DNA of 57,842 nucleotides from a virus. The position numbers and the translations under genes were made by a program. This document shows, one piece after another, positions 34,513 through 44,436 of this stretch; within the stretch, counting starts at the first letter, position 1, and each line of letters starts with the position of its first letter. The notes under the pieces are model-generated. The model was not told the DNA's origin. It ran no database searches and saw only the letters and a program-made list of their open reading frames with translations. The stretch is taken from the IMG/VR virus record IMGVR_UViG_3300029709_000016; one strand, 5' to 3'.

Positions 34513-36652
34513 TTATCAATACGCAGAATTATTTAAAAAAGATAGTATAGATAAGCAGTTGACGATTGAAACGGACGACAAAACGACAAAAATTACAAAT
34601 GTTGAACTACATCAAGAGCAGTTTGAATTGACAGAAAGCATTTGTTCGGAATCTGAATTGACAATCGGAAGCTGTGAAGCGGCGGTGCTTAAATTTACTG
34701 TATCAAACATTTTTTTGCCGATGAAAGACAAAATGATAACGGTTAAAACGGTAATTGATAATAACACTGCAAATCCGTTTCAAATTGGCAGATATAAAGT
34801 ATACTCTGACACACCAACGGCAGATAGAACAAAGCGTGATATTGTGGCTTATGACAGGCTGTATGACGTGATAAACGCAGATGTGGCGGAGTGGTACAAT
34901 ACTTTGCTCCCGGATAAAGACAGCGTTACAACAATGAAAGCTTTTCGGGATAGCTTTTTTGGATATTTTGGGATTGAGCAGGCGGACGCACAGCTTGTAA
35001 ATGATGATATGAAAGTAGAAAAGACGGTTGAGCCGGAAGAATTAAGCGGTGCAACTGTGCTGAATTGTATTTGTGAAATTAACGGCTGTTTCGGACACAT
35101 TGGACGTGACAGCAAATTCCATTACATTTACCTTGAACAGGAGATACAGGGGTTGTATCCAAGAAACAACCTGTATCCGGCAGATGATTTGTACCCGCGT
35201 GAACCGAAAAGCACGAGAATAAGCAAAAGTCTGTATATATCGGCGCAATACGAAGATTTCCTCGTGAAAACTATTGATAAACTGCAAATCCGGAAAGAAG
35301 AAGACGATATCGGAGTAATTGTCGGAAGCGGCACAAATGCCTATGTTATACAGGATAATTTTCTTGTTTACGGCAAAGGCAGTGAAGAACTGACGGGAAT
35401 CGCAAATAACATTTACGGAAAAATCCGGGGAATTATTTACAGACCGTTTTCTGCGGACTGCAAAGGAAACCCATGTAATGAAGTAGGTGACGCGGTTCGT
35501 CTGCCAACAAAATATGAAATCATTGAAAGCTACGTGTTAAAACGTACACTAAAGGGCATACAGGCACTTAGGGACAACTATGAAGCAACGGGTGAAGAAT
35601 ACCGTTCTACACAGGCAAATAGCGTGCATAAAAGCATTATACAGCTTAAAGGAAAGACCAATGTACTGACACGGACAATCGAAGAAACAAACAGTAAGAT
35701 TACGGACGTTGAAAGCGGATTAAGTTCTGAAATTAAGCAGACTGCAAACAGTATCCGAAGCGAGGTATCCGATTCAGTAAACAACTTATCCAGTAGTATA
35801 CAGCAAAACGCAGAATCAATTGCAACGGAAGTAAAGCGGGCAAACGAAGCCGAGGGCAATTTATCGACGAAAATTACACAGACTGCGGAATCAATTACAT
35901 CAGAAGTAAGCAAAAACTACGAAACAAAAGAAAACGCTACAAACACAAAAACGGAGTTGGAAAGTTCTATAAAACAGACGGCAGACGGATTTACGGCAGA
36001 GTTATCAAAACAGGTAACGGAAACTAAACAATATGCTGAATCTGCCGCTGAAACGGCTGAAAGTAATGCAAAACAGGACACAGCAGATAAGTTAAAGGAT
36101 TACAGCACAACAACGGAAATGAATACCCAAATCAATGCTACAGCAGAGGGAATTTCGGCAGAGGTAACCCGAAAACTGCAAAGCTACAGCACTACAGAAC
36201 AGATGAATAGTGCAATAAGGCAGACGGCGGACAGCATTAATACAGAAGTATCAAAAAAAGTAAATGGCGATGAAATTATTTCAAAAATTAACCAATCTGC
36301 CGAAAACGTTTCGATTGAAGCAAACAAAATCAATCTGAACGGCGCTGTGACGGCTAATCAGAATTTTAAAATCGGTTCGGATGGCAGTATGGAAGCGTTA
36401 TCTGGACTAATCGGAGAATGGCAGATATTTGACGGATATTTGCGGTATGTTTTAGGAGAAAATGCACAGGCACTTTTAAAACCGGACGAATTGCTTATTA
36501 GTAGAAGTGCCGGGGCAAACTTTCACGCATATCCGGGATTGTTGTATATGCAATCTGATGACGGAGAACGAAGCATTTCTATTGATTGCAATGACGGAAG
36601 CATTAATTTGGGCGGAAGCTGGACAACTCCGTGGGGCGACATAGAAGGATAG
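34505..36652 (+). CDS. tail-associated (Tal-like) baseplate/tip protein with coiled-coil repeats
   Basis: GTG 7 nt after ggagg. Repeated S..I.QTA.SI..EV heptads. Confidence 0.5.
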   Translation: MVNYQYAELFKKDSIDKQLTIETDDKTTKITNVELHQEQFELTESICSESELTIGSCEAAVLKFTVSNIFLPMKDKMITVKTVIDNNTANPFQIGRYKVYSDTPTADRTKRDIVAYDRLYDVINADVAEWYNTLLPDKDSVTTMKAFRDSFFGYFGIEQADAQLVNDDMKVEKTVEPEELSGATVLNCICEINGCFGHIGRDSKFHYIYLEQEIQGLYPRNNLYPADDLYPREPKSTRISKSLYISAQYEDFLVKTIDKLQIRKEEDDIGVIVGSGTNAYVIQDNFLVYGKGSEELTGIANNIYGKIRGIIYRPFSADCKGNPCNEVGDAVRLPTKYEIIESYVLKRTLKGIQALRDNYEATGEEYRSTQANSVHKSIIQLKGKTNVLTRTIEETNSKITDVESGLSSEIKQTANSIRSEVSDSVNNLSSSIQQNAESIATEVKRANEAEGNLSTKITQTAESITSEVSKNYETKENATNTKTELESSIKQTADGFTAELSKQVTETKQYAESAAETAESNAKQDTADKLKDYSTTTEMNTQINATAEGISAEVTRKLQSYSTTEQMNSAIRQTADSINTEVSKKVNGDEIISKINQSAENVSIEANKINLNGAVTANQNFKIGSDGSMEALSGLIGEWQIFDGYLRYVLGENAQALLKPDELLISRSAGANFHAYPGLLYMQSDDGERSISIDCNDGSINLGGSWTTPWGDIEG

Positions 36653-36664
36653 AAAGGAGCAGGC

Positions 36665-39127
36665 ATGAATAAAACGTATGGTCGTATAAATTGGGAAAAT
36701 TATCCGAGTGATGAAACACCACTGAATGAAAGTAATCTGAATAAAATAGATGTGGCTACAGATGAAATTGACAATAGGGTAATTACACTGGACACTACCA
36801 AAGCGACTAAGGAAGAAGTTTCAACACTGGTGCAGGACGTTACATTTGAAGAAAAGACAGGCATTATTACTATTACTAAAAAAAATGGCTCAAAAATAAC
36901 GATTGACACGCAGATGGAAAAAATCGCGGTAAATTTTTCATACAATGCCGAAACACAGCAGATTATTTTAACGCTTATTGACGGCACAAAGCAATATATA
37001 GACCTGACAGCACTGATTACGCAGTATGAGTTTTTGGCCAGTGATACGGTGGCATTTTCGATTGACGGCACCGGTAAAGTGTCTGCAATCGTAAAAGAAG
37101 CGAGCATACAGGAAAAGCATTTACAGCCTAATTATCTTGCAGATATTAAAGTTGAAGTTGCAAAAGCACAGGCAAGCCAGTCGGCGGCGGCAAAATCTGA
37201 AAGCAATGCAAAGGCAAGTGAAACAGCGGCGGCAACCAGTGAATCCAATGCGGCGGCGAGTGCTACAAAAGCACAGAGTTATGCTACTGGCGGTACAAAC
37301 AGCCGCACGGGCGAAGATACGGACAATGCAAAGTATTATAGCCAACAGTCGGCACAGAGCCAATCGGCGGCGGCAACAAGCGCAGATACGGCAAGTACGA
37401 AAGCAGAAGAAGCGGCGGCAAACGCGGCAACAGCTAAAACAAGTGCCGATAATGCCGCGGGAAGTGCAAATTTAGCCAATGAAAAGGCAAATAGCGCGGC
37501 AAATAGCGCAACCATCGCAGTTTCAAATTCCAATGCGGCACAGCAGTACGCTTCCAATGCGGCGGCAAGTGCGGACACAGCACAAAACTATGCCGTAGCA
37601 GATACAGACAGCGCAAAATACTATTACGAGCAGGCAAGACGGATTTCTGAATCGTTCTCGGGTGCATTAAGACCGATGGGAACGGTTACATTTGCAAATC
37701 TTCCGGCACTATCAGAAGCGGACGGCGGAAGCATGTATAACATTTCGGACCAGTTTACAACAACTGCTGAATTTAAAGAAGGAGCGGGAAATACTATTCC
37801 GGCAGGTGCTAACGTATACAAGACAGAGGACGGCAAGTGGGATGTCCTTGCGGGAACACCTGTAACAGGCGTAAAAGGCAGTGCAGAAAGCGAATATAGG
37901 AGAGGAAATGTTAATATTACAGCGGAAAATGTAGGACTTGGAAACGTTGACAATACAGCAGATTCCGCAAAGTCTGTAAAATATGCAGCAAGTGCAGGCA
38001 ACGTAAATTGGAACGGTATAACAGATAAACCGTCTACATATCCGCCGTCCAATCATAATCATGGCACAGCAGACCCCAATTTTACGTGTTTTTTAACAGA
38101 TAATACATCCGCAGGATTTTCGGCTTTGCATGACAACGGAGCTACAACAGGATTTTTCTTAAAAACCATCAGAGGACAGTCAACTGCTCCGAGCTGGTTT
38201 GAAGGCAACTATGCTTCCGGTATTGCTTTTGGCGGTGTAGATACCCATGCAGTGATTAGCTGTCGATATGAGTTCCCAAGAGTAACGTTCTGTGGTGGCA
38301 ATGGTACAGAACCGAATTGGTGGTATAGATTACAAGGTACAAGCGGACATAATTATATGTTAGACGATTTTATAACAACATCGGGTACTGACAGCCTTGC
38401 AGGTAGCATTGTTCCTAATGAAGATGTAGGCATGGAATTGGGAGATGAATCACACAGATTCACGAATATTTATTCAAGCAACATTACTACGGATACAATA
38501 CAATTCAATAATTATGATAATAGCGGCAATACAATTTATTATAGCGGTAACGATTCCGCAAATGGAAACGGTGGCGGGCTTAATAATCTGGTAATTCGGT
38601 CATGGTGGGGGGTATCGTTTACTTCCACGTGCGCTGACGGTCGGTACGGCGGCAAAAATCAAACTGCTGTAGGAATTGACTGTCGAGAAGGTATTGTTAA
38701 AGCGTATAATTTTGCGGGCTTAATAAATGGACACAGTGTTAATACAGACGTACCGTCAGACGCAAAATTTACGGATACAAAAGGAAGATATATTGGCACT
38801 ACCGTAACAAAGCCACAAGATAAAACAGAAATGTATATCACATATCTTTCAAGCGGTTATATTGTAATGGCAGGAAAAACAGTAAGCAAAAGCTATGCAA
38901 TGAATACACAATATGGAAATGCGTTTTGGGCACCGTTCACAATTTATTTGCCGCCTAATATTGTAAAAAATATTGACAGCGTGAATATTACTCCATTTGC
39001 GGAAACAGGGCTGATAAGTGCAAGCATAAACGGCTATACCAGCGAACAAATAACGGGATTTGTTTGGTCGCCACAAAACGAAACAAAAAGCATATCATTT
39101 CATGTTACCGTGCATGGAAGGGCATAA
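36665..39127 (+). CDS. tail fibre / receptor-binding protein (820 aa)
   Basis: Ala/Ser-rich fibre repeats (AAKSESNAKASETAAATSESNAAASATKAQSYA) and a globular C-terminus. Confidence 0.6.
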   Translation: MNKTYGRINWENYPSDETPLNESNLNKIDVATDEIDNRVITLDTTKATKEEVSTLVQDVTFEEKTGIITITKKNGSKITIDTQMEKIAVNFSYNAETQQIILTLIDGTKQYIDLTALITQYEFLASDTVAFSIDGTGKVSAIVKEASIQEKHLQPNYLADIKVEVAKAQASQSAAAKSESNAKASETAAATSESNAAASATKAQSYATGGTNSRTGEDTDNAKYYSQQSAQSQSAAATSADTASTKAEEAAANAATAKTSADNAAGSANLANEKANSAANSATIAVSNSNAAQQYASNAAASADTAQNYAVADTDSAKYYYEQARRISESFSGALRPMGTVTFANLPALSEADGGSMYNISDQFTTTAEFKEGAGNTIPAGANVYKTEDGKWDVLAGTPVTGVKGSAESEYRRGNVNITAENVGLGNVDNTADSAKSVKYAASAGNVNWNGITDKPSTYPPSNHNHGTADPNFTCFLTDNTSAGFSALHDNGATTGFFLKTIRGQSTAPSWFEGNYASGIAFGGVDTHAVISCRYEFPRVTFCGGNGTEPNWWYRLQGTSGHNYMLDDFITTSGTDSLAGSIVPNEDVGMELGDESHRFTNIYSSNITTDTIQFNNYDNSGNTIYYSGNDSANGNGGGLNNLVIRSWWGVSFTSTCADGRYGGKNQTAVGIDCREGIVKAYNFAGLINGHSVNTDVPSDAKFTDTKGRYIGTTVTKPQDKTEMYITYLSSGYIVMAGKTVSKSYAMNTQYGNAFWAPFTIYLPPNIVKNIDSVNITPFAETGLISASINGYTSEQITGFVWSPQNETKSISFHVTVHGRA

Positions 39128-39161
39128 GGTAGGTGATTGGTATATATAACGACAGCAGTTA

Positions 39162-39187
39162 AAGACACGAAAGTGTCTTATTTTTTT
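39162..39187 (+). terminator. Rho-independent terminator
   Basis: aagacac-GAAA-gtgtctt followed by T7. Confidence 0.8.
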
Positions 39188-39246
39188 ACCCTAAAACACA
39201 ATAAAAATTATATTTAGCCGCAGAACAGCGGCAGAAAGAGGTTAAT

Positions 39247-40344
39247 ATGAGCAGATATTCAGTAATTGATGTAAGTAAGCATAACGGAGTTATCGACTGG
39301 GATACCACAAAGGAAAATGTTGACGGTGTAATTATTCGTGTCGGTCACGGCAATGACAGCACAACGCAGGACGACCCGCAGGCAATCCGCAACATGGAAG
39401 AATGTGAAAGACTGGGCATTCCGTATGGTGTGTATCTGTACTCTTATGCGTTAAATAATGCCGAAGCAGAAAGCGAAGCGGCGCACGCACTGCGCATGGT
39501 AGAGGGCTACAATCCGGTGTTGGGTGTATGGTTCGATATGGAAGACGCGGACGGATACAAAGAAAAGCACAACTTCAACCCATACGATAACAGACAGGAA
39601 ATTACTGATTTTTGTAAGATTTTCTGCGACAGAGTATCCGAAGCAGGATACAAGACTGGTGTTTACGCAAGCAAAAATTACTGGGATTCGGTAATCTATG
39701 CAGACCAGTTATCCAATTATGAAGTATGGCTTGCACACTGGAGTATTTCAGAGCCGTCAATGGATTGTCTGTTATGGCAGTATACATCAGACGGTGAAGT
39801 TGCCGGTGTACCATCAAGCAGAGTTGACATGAATTACTGGTACGGCGAGTTACCGGAAGTTGACGGCGGCAGTGATTCTGATAGCAATTCGGGCGACTGC
39901 GGCGGCGATGAAGAAGACACAGAGGGCGGTGGATACAGCTATTCTGTAGGCGATACCGTAAACTACGATACAATCTATGTATCTTCAACATCAGAAGAAG
40001 CATTAAAGCCTACCTATACGACCGGCACAATTACACGGATTGTTGACGGTGCGAGAAACCCATATCTGATTGATGATGGCGCAGGCTGGATTAATGATGA
40101 TTGCATTACTGGCGGCGGCAGTGATGATTCTGACGATTCAGAAGAAAGTTCGGATTGCGGCGGCATTTCTGTAGGCGATACCGTCCGTTTCAACGGCGAT
40201 ACTGACTACAATGGCACGGCAATTAAGACATGGCACAATGACAGCGGCTATGAAGTCACACAGCTTGACGGTGATAGAGCAGTCCTTAGCTTCAACGGTT
40301 CTGTATTTGCGGCAGTCAATGTCGGCGATTGCGAATTAATCTAA
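39247..40344 (+). CDS. endolysin: GH25 muramidase + two C-terminal SH3-like repeats
   Basis: VIDVSKHNGVIDW..GVIIRVGHG..GIPYGVYLYSYA..GVWFDMED. Repeated VGDTV..G..W modules are separated by acidic G/S/D linkers. Confidence 0.85.
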   Translation: MSRYSVIDVSKHNGVIDWDTTKENVDGVIIRVGHGNDSTTQDDPQAIRNMEECERLGIPYGVYLYSYALNNAEAESEAAHALRMVEGYNPVLGVWFDMEDADGYKEKHNFNPYDNRQEITDFCKIFCDRVSEAGYKTGVYASKNYWDSVIYADQLSNYEVWLAHWSISEPSMDCLLWQYTSDGEVAGVPSSRVDMNYWYGELPEVDGGSDSDSNSGDCGGDEEDTEGGGYSYSVGDTVNYDTIYVSSTSEEALKPTYTTGTITRIVDGARNPYLIDDGAGWINDDCITGGGSDDSDDSEESSDCGGISVGDTVRFNGDTDYNGTAIKTWHNDSGYEVTQLDGDRAVLSFNGSVFAAVNVGDCELI

Positions 40345-40354
40345 GCATAAAAAT

Positions 40355-40377
40355 ACCGGGAGTGTAATACTCCCGGT
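40355..40377. terminator. Bidirectional hairpin terminator between convergent genes
   Basis: accgggagt-N5-actcccggt. Confidence 0.65.
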
Positions 40378-40383
40378 GATATT

Positions 40384-40893
40384 TTAATTATTATCATGCA
40401 AATCAATCATAACAGCTTCAACTTGTGGAATTGTTATCGGTTTATTCAATGTAGATGTATATGAATACTGACCGACATAACCACCATAAATGGTAATTCT
40501 ATCATTTTCAAGTAGTTTACCGTCAATTACATCATTTGCATAAACAACAAGCAACACATGATTATAGTCATCATCTACAGCCATTCTTATAGCGGTATAA
40601 TTGCTATCAACCGCACCAATCATCTGTATAACTTTTCCGTCAAATTTCACAGGTTTATCAATATTTTTGTCCGGGTATCTTGCAAGAGTTTCGTATGTAA
40701 TATCTTCGGTGTATGTCATTCTATCCCTTGATAACAGCGTTTCTTTTTCTGTAGGGGCTTCTGTTTCAGTTTGCGCTTCCGTGACGGCTTCTGTACTGCT
40801 TGCGGCGGCGGAATTATTCGCAGTTGAATTTTGGCAAGCTACAAGCCCTAAAAGGCATACCGGCATTAATAAGCATAATAATTTCTTTTTCAT
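40384..40893 (-). CDS. lipoprotein (169 aa), lysogeny-expressed cargo candidate
   Basis: Signal peptide with lipobox LVAC. Opposite strand to the late genes. Confidence 0.7.
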   Translation of the reverse strand: MKKKLLCLLMPVCLLGLVACQNSTANNSAAASSTEAVTEAQTETEAPTEKETLLSRDRMTYTEDITYETLARYPDKNIDKPVKFDGKVIQMIGAVDSNYTAIRMAVDDDYNHVLLVVYANDVIDGKLLENDRITIYGGYVGQYSYTSTLNKPITIPQVEAVMIDLHDNN

Positions 40894-41212
40894 AAAAATT
40901 CTCCCTTGCTTTTATTTTTAAATAATAATAGCACATAACCTAATTTTTGTCGAACTGATAAATAGCAAATTAGTACTATATGCACCGCAATCCGACATTA
41001 AGTGACAGCATACGCTATAAAATGTAGACAATATTAGAGTAAATGTCGTTTTTTGCGGTTTAAATCGTTTGTGAAAAATTGGTAATTTTTGTAAAATTAA
41101 ATTGTCCAAAAGATTGGGCGATTCAAGTTCCGGTGGGCGGCTGTGCTATTTGGCATTGCGCCGCCGCCCCTTTACATAACCTTAATTTACATCAGTGACC
41201 TTTGTTCCAATC

Positions 41213-41241
41213 TTGACGGAAGCAAACATTTGTTCTATAAT
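41213..41241 (+). promoter_or_regulatory. Promoter TTGACG-17-TATAAT
   Basis: Read directly from the sequence. Confidence 0.6.
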
Positions 41242-41289
41242 GCTTGTATCGCTACTTTATGTTTTGTGTCGGGGAATACGGAGGGCTCT

Positions 41290-41409
41290 ATGAGTAAAAA
41301 AAACGAAAATGAATTTTACAGAAAAGAAATATACAATCTAATATTAAAATGTGAAAATACGCATTGGCTAAAAGTTATATATGCGTATATAAAAAGGTTG
41401 CTTAAATAA
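41290..41409 (+). CDS. small protein (39 aa)
   Basis: ATG after acggaggg. Has its own promoter and terminator. Confidence 0.4.
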   Translation: MSKKNENEFYRKEIYNLILKCENTHWLKVIYAYIKRLLK

Positions 41410-41413
41410 AATA

Positions 41414-41442
41414 GCCGGGATAGCATTTTGTGTTATCCCGGC
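41414..41442. terminator. Bidirectional terminator
   Basis: gccgggata-N11-tatcccggc followed by a T-run. Confidence 0.7.
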
Positions 41443-41448
41443 GTATTT

Positions 41449-41814
41449 TTATTTGTCTTGTACCATTGAATCGACAAGCTTTTCTAAACTATCCCAGTCT
41501 TTTTCGTCAAGCTTTCTTAACGCCGCAATAAGTCTATACTTAAAGCTTTTTTCACCAGCAGCTTGAATATCAGCAAACATTTCAGCTATTTCTTCATCTT
41601 TTGTCTTTTTAACAAAAGGTTCACCGTCACCTGTACGTAGCCAATATTCATTAACAGAAAATTCCTTACAAATCAAAGCTATTGCTGAATCACTCGGAAC
41701 GCTTCTTCCCATTTCATATGTTGCAACAGTATTCCTTTTTACTTTTATTTTATCGGCAAATTCCTGTTGCGTCAAATTAAAATGACTTCGGATTTCTTTA
41801 ATTCTATTGTTCAA
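41449..41814 (-). CDS. CI-like XRE-family repressor
   Basis: IKEIRSHFNLTQQEFADKIKVKRNTVATYEMGRSVPS HTH. Divergent from the early operon. Confidence 0.8.
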   Translation of the reverse strand: MNNRIKEIRSHFNLTQQEFADKIKVKRNTVATYEMGRSVPSDSAIALICKEFSVNEYWLRTGDGEPFVKKTKDEEIAEMFADIQAAGEKSFKYRLIAALRKLDEKDWDSLEKLVDSMVQDK

Positions 41815-41851
41815 TGTTTTGTCCTCCTTTCCAAAACTAATATATCACACC

Positions 41852-41870
41852 TTGTTGAAAAAATCAACAA
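41852..41870. promoter_or_regulatory. Operator-like palindrome TTGTTGA-N5-TCAACAA
   Basis: Perfect 7-bp arms between the repressor gene and the early promoter. A partial copy acaatcaacaag lies downstream of the -10. Confidence 0.6.
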
Positions 41871-41877
41871 AAAGTTC

Positions 41878-41906
41878 TTGACAAATGTTTTTTATCGACA
41901 TATAAT
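41878..41906 (+). promoter_or_regulatory. Early promoter, exact consensus TTGACA-17-TATAAT
   Basis: Read directly from the sequence. Confidence 0.75.
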
Positions 41907-41935
41907 TGTTTTACAATCAACAAGCAGAAAGTGAG

Positions 41936-42160
41936 GTGATAACACTGAAACAATATGTACTTGGTGAGCTTGAAACTACATATGTGGGTAAGGCATATGC
42001 AGAATATCAGCGTTGCAACAGTCAGAAAGCTTCAGAATTAGAAAATGAAGTTAAAAAGCTAATATCCGAATACAATCTGACTGCTACAGTTGCTAAAGGC
42101 TTCTTGGAATACATGAGATTAGTTATTGATGGTTGCTCATGCATTCCGAAAGAGAAATAA
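41936..42160 (+). CDS. first early-operon protein (start uncertain)
   Basis: The track start TTG 41906 lies inside the -10 box. An SD-like agaaagtgaggtgat is at 41927-41940; candidate starts are GTG 41936 or CTG 41945. Confidence 0.4.
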   Translation: MITLKQYVLGELETTYVGKAYAEYQRCNSQKASELENEVKKLISEYNLTATVAKGFLEYMRLVIDGCSCIPKEK

Positions 42161-42353
42161 CCTCAACGGAATGTTCGTTTGAAAGACAGTTTCCGTCGGG
42201 AATTTCACTTGCGAGATTGAGCATTGCGATTAACTTACCTGAATATGGATACTCTTTTCCACAGTTAGGGCAAATAACTTTATCGGAATTAATATCTTCA
42301 TTTACAGTGTATGTGCAATGGCAAGGGCAAGAAACTTTAATTTTAATGAACAT
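42123..42353 (-). CDS. zinc-ribbon protein (76 aa)
   Basis: Internal ATG after aaggaggtgg on the minus strand. CPCHC..CPNCGK. Confidence 0.5.
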   Translation of the reverse strand: MFIKIKVSCPCHCTYTVNEDINSDKVICPNCGKEYPYSGKLIAMLNLASEIPDGNCLSNEHSVEVISLSECMSNHQ

Positions 42354-42359
42354 TTGAAC

Positions 42360-42403
42360 CACCTCCTTATAAAAAGATAAGGAGATTATATCACAGAAAG
42401 GAA
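42360..42403. repeat. Control-region repeat copy 1 (AAAAGATAAGGAGATTATATCACAGAAAGGA)
   Basis: 28/31 identical to 42913-42943. Each copy sits between a minus-strand small gene and a plus-strand gene. Confidence 0.7.
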
Positions 42404-42412
42404 GTGAATGAA

Positions 42413-42565
42413 ATGAGTGAAAAAGAAAAGGCGATTGTTGAAAAATTAAAAGACACAATTCCTAAAATGTCAGAGTATCAAAAAGGGTATCTGCTTGGCA
42501 TGGTTGAATCAATGGCAGATAGAGAACGGTCAGAACCCAACAAGGAAAAACAGGGAAAGGAGTAG
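42413..42565 (+). CDS. small protein (50 aa)
   Basis: ATG after agaaaggaag. Encodes MSEKEKAIVEKLKDTIPKMSEYQKGYLLGMVESM... Confidence 0.4.
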   Translation: MSEKEKAIVEKLKDTIPKMSEYQKGYLLGMVESMADRERSEPNKEKQGKE

Positions 42566-42568
42566 CCG

Positions 42569-42727
42569 GTGGACGAGAAAAAAAGGCATATTTCAGAAAT
42601 CCTCTGTCAGCAGATAGAGTTGCTGGCAGAGGAAAGCAAGAAAACAAATGATGTAGATGTCAAAATTCGCATTGCGGGCGAAATTGACAGAATGGCAGAT
42701 ACCATTCTTAACATTTACGACGAGTAA
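42569..42727 (+). CDS. small protein (52 aa)
   Basis: GTG after gaaaggag. Confidence 0.35.
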   Translation: MDEKKRHISEILCQQIELLAEESKKTNDVDVKIRIAGEIDRMADTILNIYDE

Positions 42728-42899
42728 ATGTACTGTCAATGCTTGAAATGTTGCGGCTAATATCTTTGAGTTCAACAAAATAACGACTTGATAATGCAAG
42801 CTTTTTGATTGAACAACATTTTTGATTAGATAAATACAACGCACATTCAGATTGGCAATTTTCAAAGTTGTTTAAAGGACATTTATTCAACGTGTTCAC
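42708..42899 (-). CDS. small Cys-rich protein (start uncertain)
   Basis: CPLNNFENCQSECALYLSNQKCC. SD ggaaagaggtga on the minus strand. Confidence 0.35.
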   Translation of the reverse strand: MNTLNKCPLNNFENCQSECALYLSNQKCCSIKKLALSSRYFVELKDISRNISSIDSTFTRRKC

Positions 42900-42946
42900 C
42901 TCTTTCCTATTAAAAGATAAGAGGATTATACCACAGAAAGGAGAAG
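42897..42946. repeat. Control-region repeat copy 2
   Basis: See 42360-42403. Confidence 0.7.
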
Positions 42947-42948
42947 AA

Positions 42949-43680
42949 ATGGCAGAAACGAATTTACAGGTTTTCAGTGGCGAGTTTGGAGAGATTCGAA
43001 CTTTGATAATTGATGATGAACCTTATTTTGTAGGCATTGATGTAGCCGAAAAGCTGGAGTACCAAAACGGTAGTCGAGATATAAAAGCTCATGTTGATGA
43101 TTGCGACAAAAAAATCATTCCTTTATTTGACGGCAGACAGAATAGACAGACAATAGTAATAAATGAGAGCGGATTTTATTCATTAGTATTTCAAAGCAAA
43201 ATGAAAAAAGCCAAGGAATTTAAGCACTGGGTAACGTCAGAAGTTCTTCCGTCAATCAGAAAGACGGGAAACTACAACATGAACATGACGGATGAGGAAA
43301 AAATTCGGCTTATTGCAAAAGGCAATGTGAAGCTGAATGAAAGAATCGACAAGGTTGAAGATAAAATATCTTCCCTTGAAAATGATATGCCGCTGTACGG
43401 CTGTGAAATAGACGAAGTTCAGAAGCATATTAAAAGGAAAGTAGTTGATGTACTGGGCGGCAAGAACACCAGCGCATACAAAGACAGTAGCGTGAGGAGT
43501 TCGGTATTTGCGGACATATACCGGCAGTTGAAACGCGAATACGGGTGTGTTTCGACATACAAGAGTATAAAACGCAAATACATTGCAGATGTACATGATT
43601 TTATTGATTGCTATTTGCCGCCGACCGTGCTTTTAGAACAGATTGAAAATTCCAATGCACAGATGTGCATGAGTTTTTAG
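42949..43680 (+). CDS. antirepressor (BRO-N domain + C-terminal ORF6C-like domain)
   Basis: LQVFSGEFGEIRTLIIDDEPYFVGIDVAEKLEY..ESGFYSLVFQSKMKKAKEFKHWVTSEVLPSIRKTG. Confidence 0.8.
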   Translation: MAETNLQVFSGEFGEIRTLIIDDEPYFVGIDVAEKLEYQNGSRDIKAHVDDCDKKIIPLFDGRQNRQTIVINESGFYSLVFQSKMKKAKEFKHWVTSEVLPSIRKTGNYNMNMTDEEKIRLIAKGNVKLNERIDKVEDKISSLENDMPLYGCEIDEVQKHIKRKVVDVLGGKNTSAYKDSSVRSSVFADIYRQLKREYGCVSTYKSIKRKYIADVHDFIDCYLPPTVLLEQIENSNAQMCMSF

Positions 43681-43693
43681 AAAGGGGTATGAA

Positions 43694-43795
43694 ATGTATA
43701 TTAATCCATTTGCGGCAGGAGTAATTTTCACAATCCTCGTTGAAATTGGGCTTGCGTTGGTTTACTCATGGAGTAACGGAAAGGATAAAAAATGA
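43694..43795 (+). CDS. small membrane peptide (33 aa)
   Basis: ATG after aaagggg. One hydrophobic helix. Confidence 0.3.
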   Translation: MYINPFAAGVIFTILVEIGLALVYSWSNGKDKK

Positions 43796-43974
43796 AACAG
43801 CCAAAGAAACTTACAAGGCAACAGAAAGAAACGTGTTCTGCACACCACTTAAATGCGGAACATTGGCTTTTGGTTGAAGAAACAGAGTTTTATTTAAAAC
43901 TTATTAATAAGGAAACCGGAAGCCGGAAAACGATTGACAAATTTGCAAAGATTAAAAGGGAGAAAAAGAAATGA
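43792..43974 (+). CDS. small basic protein (60 aa)
   Basis: ATGA overlap coupling with the upstream ORF. Confidence 0.5.
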   Translation: MKQPKKLTRQQKETCSAHHLNAEHWLLVEETEFYLKLINKETGSRKTIDKFAKIKREKKK

Positions 43975-44417
43975 ACAAAGAAAAGGTAACAGTACAGGAT
44001 TGCGTAGAAATGCAGGAAATGAAAAATCAGTCAGTCATTTTGAATGACGGCAAGGTTGTAAGATTTGAAGAAAATCCGAAGCCTAAAAAGGTCCTGTGGT
44101 TTTCTCGACACAAAATGACAGAGCCGCAGTTAGCCGCACTGGGGGACGTTGAAATTGTGCAGATTGACCGGTCGATTGAATCGGCAAGCGAGTTGCAGGA
44201 AGAAATAAACGACTGCGACATTATCGCCATTGTCGCGCCTATCGGATTACAGGCACAATTTTTAAGAGTTGCGGGCGACAAGCCGGTAATTGTAGCACTT
44301 AATAACAGAGTACTTGTACCACAGGAAGACGGCACAGAAGCTAAGGCAGTGTTTAATTTTGTTAAATGGGAAAGACTTGTCAAAATTGATGTCGTAAAAG
44401 AAGATTTTAATAATTAA
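43971..44417 (+). CDS. hypothetical protein (148 aa)
   Basis: Coupled ORF in the early operon. Confidence 0.55.
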   Translation: MNKEKVTVQDCVEMQEMKNQSVILNDGKVVRFEENPKPKKVLWFSRHKMTEPQLAALGDVEIVQIDRSIESASELQEEINDCDIIAIVAPIGLQAQFLRVAGDKPVIVALNNRVLVPQEDGTEAKAVFNFVKWERLVKIDVVKEDFNN

Positions 44418-44436
44418 AAGAAAAGAGGACAAAGAA

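Noticed and set aside
37121-38062. Alternative-frame and antisense ORFs (for example 37137-37475 plus, 37336-37578 minus, 37624-38052 minus) in the tail fibre gene.
   Set aside because: They are artefacts of the GCN/AGC-rich Ala/Ser repeat region, which stays open in several frames.
40601-40921. A 106-aa plus-strand ORF antisense to the lipoprotein gene.
   Set aside because: It has no RBS, and the lipoprotein on the minus strand has a textbook signal peptide and lipobox.
41906-41935. The track start codon TTG 41906 for the first early gene.
   Set aside because: It overlaps the -10 hexamer of the consensus early promoter, so it would not be in the transcript. The start was moved downstream and remains uncertain.
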